Assembly: GCA_965262855.1 (NCBI GenBank)
Contig: OZ253563.1
Coordinates: 424,914 to 488,913, forward strand
DNA: 64,000 bases
Direction of reading: 5' to 3'
DNA from: Arenicellales bacterium
GTDB lineage: Bacteria > Pseudomonadota > Gammaproteobacteria > Arenicellales > JAJDZL01
Shown: piece by piece, positions 10,326 to 20,940 of the stretch
Layout of the letters: every line of letters starts with the position of its first letter
How positions within the stretch are numbered: position 1 is the stretch's first letter
The notes under the pieces: generated by a model
Told to the model about the DNA's origin: nothing
Seen by the model: only the letters and a program-made list of their open reading frames with translations
Database searches by the model: none
Translations under genes and position numbers: made by a program

Positions 10326-11531
10326 TTACGCGTGTAGACTATCGAGTGCTCTAGAGAATAGTGTGAGGGGGTAGCGGTAAATTCCGCCGCCAATTCGTCC
10401 AGCGACTCCAGTGTTATCAATTATGCCAAGGCTAACGATTGGTGTAGATTTCTTATCCATAGCCACACGGGCACATAGTCCTGTTCGTAAATTTAGTGCC
10501 CCGAATCCATCATGGATGCGAGGAAGCAGCAAATCAGGCAATCTACCAGCATCGTCCGGCAGAAAATTTTCAAATGTCTGTTGCTGAGCAGGTGAGAATG
10601 ACACGGCCATAGCACCAAATCCGGCTACATCGACGATTGCGCTATCACCGATCGCCCCTAGAGCACGATTGTTCGGGAATTCTCCCAAGTCACCAACAGG
10701 TGCCTGCGCATCTGTTGTAATCCATTTATCTGGTCGGCCACCAAGCTGAATACCAACCGTAAAACCATTGCCGCCGGCTGCTGTGATCAAACTGCATTCA
10801 GGTATTCCGGCTCCACTTTGCAACATACACTTGCATACTGCCATCCAAAGATTGAGAAAAAAACTCGGGCTGTCTTGTAGGAATTTCAGCGCACAGGGTG
10901 TGCTTTCTTTGAGCTTCGGTTGCAGCAGGTCAACCAGGTTCGCAGTGGCGGCCATGGTGCGACCATGACAATCGTCACCTTCGGCAAGTGCGCCCGAAGC
11001 AATGGAAATCAAGTCCAAATTTTGGAACTCACACTCATTCAGTCCTTCAATAAATTCACCGTTCAACCATTTCAAGTGAGATACGACAGAGGAGCTGTAC
11101 ATTCCAAGGCGCATTGCCGCTCCACTTCCGCCGTTGATCGGAGAGAATGCACGATTGCTTGGATTTTTTTGGTCGACAATCTCGTGAAGCCACATGGATG
11201 CAGAAACCACTCCCGCGAGTGGTACGACGGTCGAATAATTCTGTGCAGCTTCCAGTAAGACTTTTCCGTCAAGAATCATCCGCTTGGCTTCGTTGAAATT
11301 CTGAGCTAGGTTTTCATAAACCAAGGCCGCACAAGCAGAATTCAGTATGGGAGCAGTAATCTGGTCAGTAGAATCAAACGAAGGTCCGGCGTGCAGTATG
11401 ACATTCTGATTTAGGTTCAGGGCTTCAGCAGCGACCCGATTCGAACTCCAGCGCGGTCGAACGCCCAATATCTTTTCCAGCGCTTCCTGATCACTCGCAT
11501 GCAAATCAAAACGATTGTTCAGTTCCGTCAT
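10326..11531 (-). CDS. DUF1116 (YlbE/AllG-like) protein
   Basis: ILHAGPS, VVPLAGVVSASM, EGDDCHGR, GGNG..VGI, AIGDSAIVD..GFG. Confidence 0.8.
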   Translation of the reverse strand: MTELNNRFDLHASDQEALEKILGVRPRWSSNRVAAEALNLNQNVILHAGPSFDSTDQITAPILNSACAALVYENLAQNFNEAKRMILDGKVLLEAAQNYSTVVPLAGVVSASMWLHEIVDQKNPSNRAFSPINGGSGAAMRLGMYSSSVVSHLKWLNGEFIEGLNECEFQNLDLISIASGALAEGDDCHGRTMAATANLVDLLQPKLKESTPCALKFLQDSPSFFLNLWMAVCKCMLQSGAGIPECSLITAAGGNGFTVGIQLGGRPDKWITTDAQAPVGDLGEFPNNRALGAIGDSAIVDVAGFGAMAVSFSPAQQQTFENFLPDDAGRLPDLLLPRIHDGFGALNLRTGLCARVAMDKKSTPIVSLGIIDNTGVAGRIGGGIYRYPLTLFSRALDSLHA

Positions 11532-11532
11532 G

Positions 11533-12996
11533 CTAGTTGCTAAACGGGTTCGGATACAGACTATCTGAAGTTCTAAGCCATATTGCTTTTGCGGTGGTGT
11601 AGTCTAGCACTGCCTCAATTCCACCTTCTCTGCCGTGACCTGACAAACCGAATCCTCCAAATGGAGCCATTGGCGATATTACTTTATAGGTGTTTACCCA
11701 GATAACTCCCGCATGCAGTTGTCTCATCATTCTATGTGCACGGGTAAGGTTGTTGGTGAACACTCCCGCGGCCAATCCATAATGTGTATCGTTTGCCATC
11801 TCTACAGCTTCTTCTTCTTCTTCAAAAGACTGAACTGAAAGCACCGGACCAAACAATTCAGTTTTTATGGACGGTGCGTCAGAACTACTGGAGCAGTCAA
11901 GAATCGTCGGCTCATAAAACTGTCCAGGTCGATCCAACTGTTTCCCTCCTGTAATCAGCGTGGCGCCGGATGCAATAGATTCCGAGACAATCCTATTGAT
12001 ATTGTTGAGTTGGCGCATCGTACAGAGAGGTCCCATTTGCGTATCGGAGTTCATTGGGTCGCCGATGACAATACGTTTGGCCAATGCTGATAATTGATCA
12101 ATGAATTGATCTTTAATTTTTTCAGAAATTATGAGTCTTGAACCGGCAACGCAGCTTTGACCTGAAGTCATAAAGATGGCGGCCAATTGAGCATTTAGAG
12201 CACTTTCGATATCGGCATCGTCAAACACCACGAACGGCGACTTACCCCCGAGCTCCAATGATGTACTGGCGAGACTGACAGCAGAGTTTCGAACGATATG
12301 CCGTGCAGTTTCCGGGCCTCCGGTGAATGCAATATGCGCAATTCTGGGATCGGAGGAAAGAGTCTTACCACAGTTCTCACCAAAGCCACAGATTATGTTG
12401 ATCACTCCAGGTGGAAATTCGGCCTCGTTAACCAGCTTGGCAAATTCGAGCATCGGTGCAGGAGCATCTTCCGAGGCTTTTATTACGATTGTGCATCCTG
12501 CGGCAATAGCTGGGCCAATTTTTACCGCGGAAAGAAACAGAGGACTGTTCCATGGAACGATTGCAGCAACGACTCCTTTCGGTTCTCGTTGCAGCCAGAC
12601 TTCTGTATCTGGATGATCTATGGGAAGGTGCGACCCTTCAAGCTTATCGGCCAACCCGCCATAATATCGGTAGAATTCGGCTATATAAGCTGTCTGAATC
12701 GTAGTTTCCCGAATTGGCTTTCCAGAATCGAGGGTATCCAGTTGTGCAAAATGATGTGATTTCTTTTCGAGGAGGTCGGCTAGGCGATGGAGGAGTTTCC
12801 CACGTTTTGTAGCACTGAGAGATGTCCAGTCGTTTTGCTGCAGTGCACTTTCAGCCGCGGATATTGCATCTTGTGTTTCTGTGACATTCGCCGCAGGCAT
12901 TCTAGCCCACGCCTCACCTGTTGCCGGGTTAACGCTTTCGAATGAGCCGCTTGCATTCACAAACTGGCCGCCGATGTAGTTTTTAAATTCTTTCAT
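11533..12996 (-). CDS. Aldehyde dehydrogenase
   Basis: IVPWN, FTGG, LELGGKSP, GQSCVAGS (catalytic Cys), ELFGPV. Confidence 0.95.
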   Translation of the reverse strand: MKEFKNYIGGQFVNASGSFESVNPATGEAWARMPAANVTETQDAISAAESALQQNDWTSLSATKRGKLLHRLADLLEKKSHHFAQLDTLDSGKPIRETTIQTAYIAEFYRYYGGLADKLEGSHLPIDHPDTEVWLQREPKGVVAAIVPWNSPLFLSAVKIGPAIAAGCTIVIKASEDAPAPMLEFAKLVNEAEFPPGVINIICGFGENCGKTLSSDPRIAHIAFTGGPETARHIVRNSAVSLASTSLELGGKSPFVVFDDADIESALNAQLAAIFMTSGQSCVAGSRLIISEKIKDQFIDQLSALAKRIVIGDPMNSDTQMGPLCTMRQLNNINRIVSESIASGATLITGGKQLDRPGQFYEPTILDCSSSSDAPSIKTELFGPVLSVQSFEEEEEAVEMANDTHYGLAAGVFTNNLTRAHRMMRQLHAGVIWVNTYKVISPMAPFGGFGLSGHGREGGIEAVLDYTTAKAIWLRTSDSLYPNPFSN

Positions 12997-13032
12997 TGTA
13001 TTGTGCGTTCAAAAATTAGTTCTCGTTACTCA
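12807..13032. repeat. ~226-bp direct repeat copy A (ALDH 5' end plus upstream sequence)
   Basis: Aligns ungapped to 13816-14041 (offset 1009); about 22 mismatches by hand count. Confidence 0.92.
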
Positions 13033-13346
13033 TTTAGAGGGATTCTCCTTCGATACCACTCAATTCCATATTTTTCGACTTGCTCGCGAAATTCATCGTT
13101 CTTGAGAGATTCTTCTAGAATCAACTCAACACGCTGGGGAATCGTTGTCTCGTCAATTTCCCAAGAAAGAAGAGCTCGATCCGAAGAGGTAAGGTGTTCG
13201 CCATAGAGTATGAGGTCAACATCAGATTCGGGAGAAAATGTCTCCATGGCTCTTGACCCAAATAGCACAACTCGCTCAACCCGTTCATTAGAGGCAAGTA
13301 TGCTAATGATCGTTTTACGATATTTTTCCTTAAGTCCATCATTCAT
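13026..13346 (-). CDS. Minimal nucleotidyltransferase (MNT) antitoxin
   Basis: LFGSRAMETFSPESDVD = GSx10DxD; 106 aa; ATGA overlap with the HEPN gene. Confidence 0.9.
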   Translation of the reverse strand: MNDGLKEKYRKTIISILASNERVERVVLFGSRAMETFSPESDVDLILYGEHLTSSDRALLSWEIDETTIPQRVELILEESLKNDEFREQVEKYGIEWYRRRIPLNE

Positions 13347-13756
13347 TCTGCACGTTTTTGCTCCAGAGTCTGATGTAGCCGGTCTAGTAGTGGAAAGAAC
13401 TGGTTCTTAATCAACTCTTCTGCTACCAGTGCTTCTTCTTTGTTATAGATATGGCTTAACTTATTACGCTCGTCTATAGCCTTAAGGAATAATTCACAAT
13501 CATCTTCGTTAAGATACGAAGATTCAAAACTCTGTCGAATCACATCCCGCGGAGTTTTCATGTCACTTCCTTGATAGTAAAGCAAGTCTTTCAAAACTTT
13601 CCAACTGAGTTCATATGTGAACATAAACGTCTGTACTAATCCCGCCAATTCAAGATTCGAGTAATTGGTTTTCTTGCAGGCATCCTTCAATTGCAAAAAC
13701 GCATTCTCAAAATTTTGAAAACGCTGATGCCAGCGCGCTTCACTGCTATTGGTCAT
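13343..13756 (-). CDS. HEPN toxin (HI0074 / nucleotidyltransferase substrate-binding family)
   Basis: RWHQRFQNF, GLVQTFMFTYELSWK, PRDVIR, RNKLSHIY = intact Rx4HxY. Confidence 0.9.
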   Translation of the reverse strand: MTNSSEARWHQRFQNFENAFLQLKDACKKTNYSNLELAGLVQTFMFTYELSWKVLKDLLYYQGSDMKTPRDVIRQSFESSYLNEDDCELFLKAIDERNKLSHIYNKEEALVAEELIKNQFFPLLDRLHQTLEQKRAE

Positions 13757-13812
13757 AGTTCAACATCTCCAAATCCCAAGGCACTGAAGTTTGATTTGAT
13801 AGCGGAATCAGC
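13753..13812 (-). pseudogene. Putative remnant of an hsdM 3' end
   Basis: Encodes ADSAIKSNFSALGFGDVEL*, similar to this window's HsdM C-terminus [17 protein letters not shown]; stop overlaps the HEPN start (ATGA) as at 20937-20940. Confidence 0.55.
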
Positions 13813-13815
13813 GGA

Positions 13816-14041
13816 TTGTAGCGCTAATAGATGTCCAGTCGTCTCGGTGCAGTGCACTTTTAGCCGCGGATTTTGCATCTTGAGTTTCTGTGATATTCGC
13901 CGCAGGCATTCTAGCCCACGCCTCGCCTGTTGCTGGGTTAACGCTTTCGAATGAGCCGCTTGCATTCACAAACTGGCCGCAGCCGTAGTTTTTTATTTCT
14001 TTCATTATATTGGGCGTTTAAAAAGTAGTTCTAGTTACTCA
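13816..14041 (-). pseudogene. Direct repeat copy B: truncated duplicate of the ALDH 5' end
   Basis: MKEIKNYGCGQFVNASGSFESVNPATGEAWARMPAAN vs MKEFKNYIGGQFVNASGSFESVNPATGEAWARMPAAN; stops after 65 codons. Confidence 0.9.
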
Positions 14042-14167
14042 AATTAATCTTGGCCATCGGTCGCATTCACTAGGAATTCCGATTTCCAGCCGGACTTGAA
14101 GACGGAAAGAAAGTAAAAACCATACTCGAATTTTACTCCAGATTCCATGAATGTGAATTGATCTAGT

Positions 14168-14197
14168 AGCGTTTTGATTCACAATTGAATCAACGCT
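14168..14197 (-). terminator. Imperfect hairpin downstream of hsdR
   Basis: agcgttttgattca-caat-tgaatcaacgct. Confidence 0.4.
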
Positions 14198-14254
14198 CAA
14201 TAAACAAAATTCGCATCAGTAGTTCTGAAATTCGAAACATATATTTGAACCGTT

Positions 14255-17200
14255 TTATTCCACTATAACCGTCGGACAGAGGACTTCAGCTTGCTCCAAT
14301 ACGGTGTTTGTTGCTTTCTCCCGCTTGTCAGGTGGGTAACCGTACTGTCGTAGAATCCGTTTCACTTGTACGCGAAGATTTGCGCGTACATTTTCGCGAA
14401 TTGTCCAATCGATAGTGACATTGTTTCGTACGGTTTCAACCAATTCTCGGGCGATTGTGCATAAGATTTCATCTCCCAGAACCTTCACTGCACTGTCATT
14501 GGTTTCAAGTGCTTCATAGAATGCCAGTTCATCTTCCGACAGTCCGAGTTCTTCACCGCGGGCATCTGCTTCACGGAGACTTCGAGCGAGTTCAATGAGT
14601 TCCTCAATTACCTGTGCGGCTTGAATGGAACGATTTTGGTAGCGATTAATGGTTTGCGCCAACATTTCCGCAAATGAACGCGCTTGAACAACATTCCGTT
14701 TCCGTCGTGCCGCGATTTCGCCTTTCAAAAGTTTTTGCAGCAGTTCGGCGGCAAGGTTGCGGTGAGACATGTTTTGAATTTCTGATAGAAATTGTTCAGA
14801 CAGGATTGACACTTCAGGTTTTTCCAAACCAACAGAGTCGAATATGTCGATAACACCCTCTGATGAAACCGCGCGTGAAATAATTTGACGTACTGCGTGG
14901 TCCAGCTCTTCGTCGGATTTCACATCACTTGGTGCGCGTTTTACAAGGCTGGCACTTACGGCCTGAAAAAAAGCCACATCGTCGCGAATTCTAATGGTGT
15001 ATTCGTGTGGAACAGCTAGAGCAAATGCTTGGGTCAATTCGCGAACCGCTCGAATGCAACGGTCTTTGCCGTCCTTTTGGGCAAGGATATGTTCCTGTGC
15101 TGCTGGCAATAAATTCAGACGAACTTTGGCATCTCCACTCATCCAAGTTGACCAATCGAAGCCGTGGAACAAACCGCAACATATTTCGTACTTCTCACGC
15201 AGTACAGAAACTGCTTCATTTTGATCTAGCGTAGTTTTTCCCTTGCCGCCGCTTTCTGTGTAATCGGCCAGTGCTTTCTTAAGTTCGTGGGCGATTCCTA
15301 AGTAGTCGACTATGAGTCCGCCTGGTTTGTCTTTGTAAATGCGGTTGACGCGGGCAATTGTCTGCATGAGCCCGTGACCGCGCATTGGCTTATCCAAGTA
15401 CATTGTATGAAGACTGGGTACGTCGAATCCGGTTTGCCACATGTCGCGTACAAGTGCAACGCAAAAGGAATCTTCAGCATCACGAAATCGATTGGCCAGT
15501 GTTTCACGCCGAGATTTGTTTCTTATATGTGACTGCCAGTCAGTTGGGTCGTGTGCTGCACCTGTCATTACCACCTTGATATTTCCCTTATCGTCATCGT
15601 CATCGTGCCAATCGGGGCGCAGTTTTGTCAGTTCGCGATACAGTTCAACGCATATTCTCCGACTCATGCAAACAATCATCGCTTTACCGTTCATTGCTTC
15701 AAGACGCTGTTCATAATGATCCACAATGTCCTGAGCAACCAGTTTCAAACGTTGCGGCGCGCCTACGATTTTTTCCAGTTGCGCCCATCTTGATTTAAGA
15801 TTTTCCTTTCGAGCTTCTTCTTCGCCTTCTGTAACCTCATCGAAGTCGGGATCAATATTCGGTTTTTCGTGTTCGTCAAGTACCAACTTAGCGAGCCGAC
15901 TTTCGTAGTAGATTGGCACGGTGGCCTTATCGTCAACTGCCTGCTGGATATCGTAGATGCTGATGTAGTCTCCGAATACAGCGCGAGTGTTGGCATCCTG
16001 CAATTCGATTGGTGTACCAGTAAAGCCGACAAATGAAGCATGGGGTAATGCATCACGCATGTGACGTGCAAATCCGTCGATGAAGCCATACTGACTGCGG
16101 TGTGCTTCGTCAGCGATAACTACGATGTTGCGGCGTTTCGATAGTATTGGATGTTGATCGCCTTTTTCGTCTGGGAAAAATTTCTGAATAGTCGTAAATA
16201 CTACACCGCCTGATTCAACATCGAGTTTAGCCCGCAGGTCGGTTCTGCTTTCAACTTGTACTGGTGGTTGGCGTAATAGGTCCCGGCAACGTGAAAACGT
16301 AGCGAACAGTTGGTCATCAAGATCGTTGCGGTCCGTCAAAACCACGATTGTCGGGTTTTCCATTGCCGGTTCACGAATAATGCGTCCAGCGTAGAAGGCC
16401 ATCGTCAAACTTTTGCCCGAACCCTGCGTATGCCAGACAACACCGATACGACGGTCACCCAATTCTCCACCGGACATACGATTATGTTCGTGTTCACTGG
16501 GAATTTTGGAAATTTCATAGGTGCGTTGCAGCTTTGCTGCACGGAGTGTTTCATCAACCGCTACGTTGACCGCGTGGAACTGGTGGTAGCCAGCAATCTT
16601 TTTAGTTATTGTTCCGCCGCCATCGTCTTCAAATACGGTGAAATCTCGTATCAAAGCAAGAAATCGATCAGGTTTGCAGATGCCATTGAGCAGGACCTGC
16701 AATTCTGGTAATTTTGAGTCAGCTTCCATTTCACCGGAAATAGTGCGCCAAGATTTGAACCACTCAAATCCGGCGGTTAACGTGCCGATTCGAGCATCAA
16801 TTCCATCAGAAACGACAAGTATGCCGTTCATAGCAAACAAGTTGGTCAGTTCGGATTTGTAAGTCTGCAACTGGTTCCATGCGGATCGTACAGTCGCGTT
16901 TTCGTCTGCAGGATTCTTGAGTTCGATGATGCCGAGTGGCAGCCCGTTAACGAACAACACGATGTCGGGTCGGCGTTCGTGCTTATTTTCTGTAACTGTG
17001 AATTGGTTAACTGCCAACCAATCATTGTTCAGTGGATTTTCAAAATCGAGAACTTGCGTCTGTGCACCTCGTATAGCACCGTCAGATGCACGATATTCCA
17101 CAGTGACACCGTCAGCAAGCATTCGATGAAATGCTCGATTACGCATTTCGACACTGGTTCCTTCTGGATGAGTTAATTTAAAAAACGCATCGTTCAATGA

Positions 17201-17398
17201 ACCAGAAGGAAGTGACGGGTTCAGTTGTGCAAGTGAAGATTGAAGCCGTTCAATCAGCACAATATCGCCGTAATTTATTCGTTCTGCACTGAACGTATTT
17301 GGGGCGATTGCTGCTCCATAGGCAACGCGCCATTCAAGGTCGTCAAGCCAATTCAGACAAACTTCTTCGACATCAAATTCGGTAACACTAGATACCAT
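14255..17398 (-). CDS. hsdR: Type I restriction endonuclease subunit R
   Basis: [19 protein letters not shown] (PD-ExK), [26 protein letters not shown]. Confidence 0.97.
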   Translation of the reverse strand: MVSSVTEFDVEEVCLNWLDDLEWRVAYGAAIAPNTFSAERINYGDIVLIERLQSSLAQLNPSLPSGSLNDAFFKLTHPEGTSVEMRNRAFHRMLADGVTVEYRASDGAIRGAQTQVLDFENPLNNDWLAVNQFTVTENKHERRPDIVLFVNGLPLGIIELKNPADENATVRSAWNQLQTYKSELTNLFAMNGILVVSDGIDARIGTLTAGFEWFKSWRTISGEMEADSKLPELQVLLNGICKPDRFLALIRDFTVFEDDGGGTITKKIAGYHQFHAVNVAVDETLRAAKLQRTYEISKIPSEHEHNRMSGGELGDRRIGVVWHTQGSGKSLTMAFYAGRIIREPAMENPTIVVLTDRNDLDDQLFATFSRCRDLLRQPPVQVESRTDLRAKLDVESGGVVFTTIQKFFPDEKGDQHPILSKRRNIVVIADEAHRSQYGFIDGFARHMRDALPHASFVGFTGTPIELQDANTRAVFGDYISIYDIQQAVDDKATVPIYYESRLAKLVLDEHEKPNIDPDFDEVTEGEEEARKENLKSRWAQLEKIVGAPQRLKLVAQDIVDHYEQRLEAMNGKAMIVCMSRRICVELYRELTKLRPDWHDDDDDKGNIKVVMTGAAHDPTDWQSHIRNKSRRETLANRFRDAEDSFCVALVRDMWQTGFDVPSLHTMYLDKPMRGHGLMQTIARVNRIYKDKPGGLIVDYLGIAHELKKALADYTESGGKGKTTLDQNEAVSVLREKYEICCGLFHGFDWSTWMSGDAKVRLNLLPAAQEHILAQKDGKDRCIRAVRELTQAFALAVPHEYTIRIRDDVAFFQAVSASLVKRAPSDVKSDEELDHAVRQIISRAVSSEGVIDIFDSVGLEKPEVSILSEQFLSEIQNMSHRNLAAELLQKLLKGEIAARRKRNVVQARSFAEMLAQTINRYQNRSIQAAQVIEELIELARSLREADARGEELGLSEDELAFYEALETNDSAVKVLGDEILCTIARELVETVRNNVTIDWTIRENVRANLRVQVKRILRQYGYPPDKREKATNTVLEQAEVLCPTVIVE

Positions 17399-17403
17399 GA
17401 ATT

Positions 17404-18837
17404 CTAATTTTTTACTTCTGGTTGTTCGACTAGGGCGGGAGATAAGAGTTCAATACGTTGAACTGACTGTCCAAATCCGATTTCCAATATTCCAAATTTC
17501 GATAAATGTTGAACCTGATCGATTACATTCTTTGCGTGACTGAAGTCTTTGTGTGATTCACCTTCATCTATTAGATTTTGGTAGTGAGTTTGCAACGGAG
17601 AGTCGGTTTTACCAAATTTCATGCTAGGATTTCTAGATAATTCCTTTCCACCAATAATGATCGTCGCCTCAATCAAATATCTGTTGAGCTCCTGCTGGAC
17701 ATTCTTAGTCGACGGTTTATTGAACAATGCATCAACAACTTCGATATCGTCAGCATAACCACAAATAAATCGGTGATATGTCTCCGGTTCGGCCGTTCGA
17801 ATAATCAGGGCGATTACAGCAGACACTGCAAATGATCGGTGGTCGCTAGGCAACGACGCAAACACAATTCCCAAATGATGGACCGCCTGCGCAATTGTTC
17901 GAAGACCAATGGTAGGTGAATCAAAAAATTTATTTAACATTTCCCGTACTGATTGAAATTCACTTCGTCCATACCTATCGAGTGTGCGTCTAAAATAACT
18001 CTCTATTTGTATGTCACTTAGTAATTTGTCAATAAACTTCTCCCGGCTGGGGTCTGGAAGTCGGAAATCTAAGTCAAAAAACCGTCTTAAATACCCATAA
18101 GCATCGAAATCATTGCCGTAGAGAGCTTTGACAGAGTGTGAAAGCTGGGAGCGGTTGACAGCCAGAATGAATACTATGTGATCTACAGCGAAGATGTGTT
18201 TGGCAACTTCAAGCAGTTCGATAGCGTACGATGGGCGACACCTATCCAACTCATCAATTATTATGATTAGTGGTTTTTTGCTTTTCGAAAACTCCTGATT
18301 CACAGCATCTTGCAAGGTTTGTGTGAATTCTTTGACAGATTTTTGTGTTTCCCTATATGCGGTAATTCGGTCCCCAACGTAAGATCCGATGGCGTTGCCG
18401 GCAGGTCCAGGTATTGCAGCATTAATAATATGCGGAAGAAATTGCACAAAAATATCCTTTGCATGTTCAGCAATTTTCTTCGCTGTTGAAGCTTCATTGT
18501 ACCGTTCGAATCCAGCAACTAGTTCGGAGGAAAGAGTGACAAATGAATCTTTAGAAAAATCGGTTTCCCATGCATTGAACTCAATGATGCGAAACTCCTG
18601 CTCACGCAGATACTCAGACCAAATTTTCAGAAACGTTGTTTTTCCATGTCCCCATGGAGCATCAATTGCCATGACGCAAGGTCCTTCAAAAGAACCAATG
18701 AGATGTGTAAGAACCTCAATTGATTCTTTACGTTCAAGAAGATCATTTTCGAAAGGGTTATGCTCGGGGATTTCCAATTCTCGCGGTTGAATACGTTGAC
18801 TCACGGGTAATCCTGCTTCGTTTACTAAATAATTCAA
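17404..18837 (-). CDS. KAP-family P-loop NTPase
   Basis: APWGHGKT Walker [17 protein letters not shown] Walker B, YLRRFFD. Confidence 0.92.
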   Translation of the reverse strand: MNYLVNEAGLPVSQRIQPRELEIPEHNPFENDLLERKESIEVLTHLIGSFEGPCVMAIDAPWGHGKTTFLKIWSEYLREQEFRIIEFNAWETDFSKDSFVTLSSELVAGFERYNEASTAKKIAEHAKDIFVQFLPHIINAAIPGPAGNAIGSYVGDRITAYRETQKSVKEFTQTLQDAVNQEFSKSKKPLIIIIDELDRCRPSYAIELLEVAKHIFAVDHIVFILAVNRSQLSHSVKALYGNDFDAYGYLRRFFDLDFRLPDPSREKFIDKLLSDIQIESYFRRTLDRYGRSEFQSVREMLNKFFDSPTIGLRTIAQAVHHLGIVFASLPSDHRSFAVSAVIALIIRTAEPETYHRFICGYADDIEVVDALFNKPSTKNVQQELNRYLIEATIIIGGKELSRNPSMKFGKTDSPLQTHYQNLIDEGESHKDFSHAKNVIDQVQHLSKFGILEIGFGQSVQRIELLSPALVEQPEVKN

Positions 18838-18854
18838 TTCTCAATAGTTGGAAT

Positions 18855-20525
18855 TTAGAATTCCTGAACTCTTACCTCACCTGAAAGAAGTTTGGATAGC
18901 ATAGTATCTCTGAGTTCGGAGAGGATACGAATTTCTGATGTATTTGCTCGTATAAACAAATCTAGTGAACTGACGTAGTTATCGAACGCTTCTATAAGTT
19001 CAAAATTCGGTTCTAAGACTCGGACCGTCTCAAATTGATTTTTGTTAATTGACCCGAAAACAGTTCCAGTGTCTTCGTATTCCACAATTATTTTTTGAAT
19101 TGCCCAAGCAAAATAGTATGTGAAAGAGCATGAATTTGACTTATGTCGTATCGCAGCAACACCACGCCCGATGCAACTCGTTTGCCATGCCATGTTAATG
19201 TCACCGACAGGCGCCCGTACGCTAAAAAGCGTATCCCCTTCCTGTGCAATTCTCATCGGCTTGCTACAGTACTTTCGATTAGTCGGAAACCGCGAACGAA
19301 AATCAGAGCATCCCTGAAAAAATGGCAATCCATCACCATTGTCGTTGTAGGAAATGCTTGGAGGCGATTGTCCCATAGTTAGATCAAAACACTCTCGTAA
19401 TAACTTGATTTTCCACCCCTCAGGGACTCCTCCCCCTAGTTCACCGTACTGTAAATTCGACGGAAACTGCGCAGCTATTTGAGTAATCTTTGCAAAAGCC
19501 ACAGGTTGTTCATTTTGTAATTTAGCAAGAGTAATTTCGTCTTTGGTGGAAATAGCACACATCGCGGCTCTTTCGGCTTCATCTGATGTTCCACCTTTTT
19601 CCAGTACGGCTAGTTTGGCTTTAACTGGCTCAAAATCAATAAACCATGACTTGAAGAGTGCTTGTGCTATCTCTTCCAACGTCTTATTCATGCGGTGGTT
19701 CAATTCGATTTTGTCATCTAGTGTTCGCAAGATTTGGGCAATGGAGCGTTGTTCCGATAGTGGCGGAATAGAAACAATTAGTCGAATTAGAGAATCGGTG
19801 GGAACACGTTGTCGTCCAGAAGTACCGGTCATCTGTTTGATCGCGTAGCTTCTAACTTGTTCAGATCTCGTTAAGTAGTAGGCAAATTCATTATCTGTTA
19901 AATTCGGAGTTCCTCGAATGACAATAAACTCAGTTGAACCATGACCAAAGTTTGATAGGTCTGACGAGCAGAAGCGAGTTATCTTTCCGTTTTCTAAGCA
20001 CGGAGTAATACGGGCCATGAGTGTGTCACCTTTTGCGAATCTTGATCCTCCGCTCGAAAACTTTCGTCGTTCGACCGCGTATGTATCCCGAGAGTTTGTG
20101 TCTACAACAGCCATACTTACAAACGGGTAGACATTTCCTCGCTTTAGGTGGACTCTAGGATTGACTTGGAAGGCCTCTCCGAATTGTAATTTTCGCCAGC
20201 CATCAAGTTTGATTGTCCTATGACACTCAACTAACACCACATGCTCGCGCGCTATCACTTTCCGAAAATTTTCGGATGTGCTCGCCCAATCCACAATATC
20301 CACGCGAAAGGGTAGGTAGGACTTGGTAAAGGCCGCTTTTAGGTTTGTCACGCGAGCGATGCTCAAAGGCTCTTCAGTCAATAGAGCGACATCGAGATCT
20401 GATGTTTCTCGCGCTGTCCAAGACACCCTCGAACCGAAAGCGTGCACCTCCAATTCGGGCACATGCTCTCGCAGAATGCATCGAACCGTCTCTAGGTCGG
20501 CCGGCGCGATATCAATCGGTTTCAC
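18855..20525 (-). CDS. hsdS: Fusion of N-terminal MNT nucleotidyltransferase and type I specificity subunit S
   Basis: GTG at 20525: [37 protein letters not shown] (MNT), continuing in frame into two TRDs with the conserved spacers PPLSEQRSIAQILRTLDDKIELN and LSELRDTMLSKLLSGE. Confidence 0.9.
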   Translation of the reverse strand: MKPIDIAPADLETVRCILREHVPELEVHAFGSRVSWTARETSDLDVALLTEEPLSIARVTNLKAAFTKSYLPFRVDIVDWASTSENFRKVIAREHVVLVECHRTIKLDGWRKLQFGEAFQVNPRVHLKRGNVYPFVSMAVVDTNSRDTYAVERRKFSSGGSRFAKGDTLMARITPCLENGKITRFCSSDLSNFGHGSTEFIVIRGTPNLTDNEFAYYLTRSEQVRSYAIKQMTGTSGRQRVPTDSLIRLIVSIPPLSEQRSIAQILRTLDDKIELNHRMNKTLEEIAQALFKSWFIDFEPVKAKLAVLEKGGTSDEAERAAMCAISTKDEITLAKLQNEQPVAFAKITQIAAQFPSNLQYGELGGGVPEGWKIKLLRECFDLTMGQSPPSISYNDNGDGLPFFQGCSDFRSRFPTNRKYCSKPMRIAQEGDTLFSVRAPVGDINMAWQTSCIGRGVAAIRHKSNSCSFTYYFAWAIQKIIVEYEDTGTVFGSINKNQFETVRVLEPNFELIEAFDNYVSSLDLFIRANTSEIRILSELRDTMLSKLLSGEVRVQEF

Positions 20526-20940
20526 GGTTTCGTTCCCTGAGCTCCTGTAGTAGGAAACGCATGTCGCGGAGGAATTCATCCGCCGCATCGACGGTTTCCT
20601 CCGCCCACTCGGCGTTGTAGGTCTGAGACGTCGCATTCCGCAATTCTCGATAACGCATGTATGAGGGTGCGCCACGAATGATGCCTGCGTTGGTCGCGTC
20701 GCGCATCAGGTCAGCGAAGTCCATCTCAAGCAACGCATCGGGATTGGCAACGATCTGAGTAAGCTGTTTCCGGATCATTCTGATGGCCAACTCATAGCTG
20801 AACTCGAATGCTTGAATGGTTGCTGCGCGGAACTGCTCGTACAATCCCAAGTCTTCCAGCGCAAGCTCGGAATGAAGGTAATCGAAACTCCTTTGTAGCT
20901 GTGCGACAGCACTTTCCAGAGGCGAGTAGTCGAGTTTCAT
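20512..20940 (-). CDS. HEPN-domain protein (HI0074 family) with degenerate RNase motif
   Basis: [14 protein letters not shown]; RNATSQTY (His replaced by Gln); overlaps the hsdM stop and the MNT-hsdS start. Confidence 0.88.
   Translation of the reverse strand: MKLDYSPLESAVAQLQRSFDYLHSELALEDLGLYEQFRAATIQAFEFSYELAIRMIRKQLTQIVANPDALLEMDFADLMRDATNAGIIRGAPSYMRYRELRNATSQTYNAEWAEETVDAADEFLRDMRFLLQELRERNRETD

Noticed and set aside
20526-20675. 50-aa N-terminal extension of the MNT-HsdS ORF
   Set aside because: It overlaps the HEPN gene in another frame; MNT similarity begins at GTG 20525
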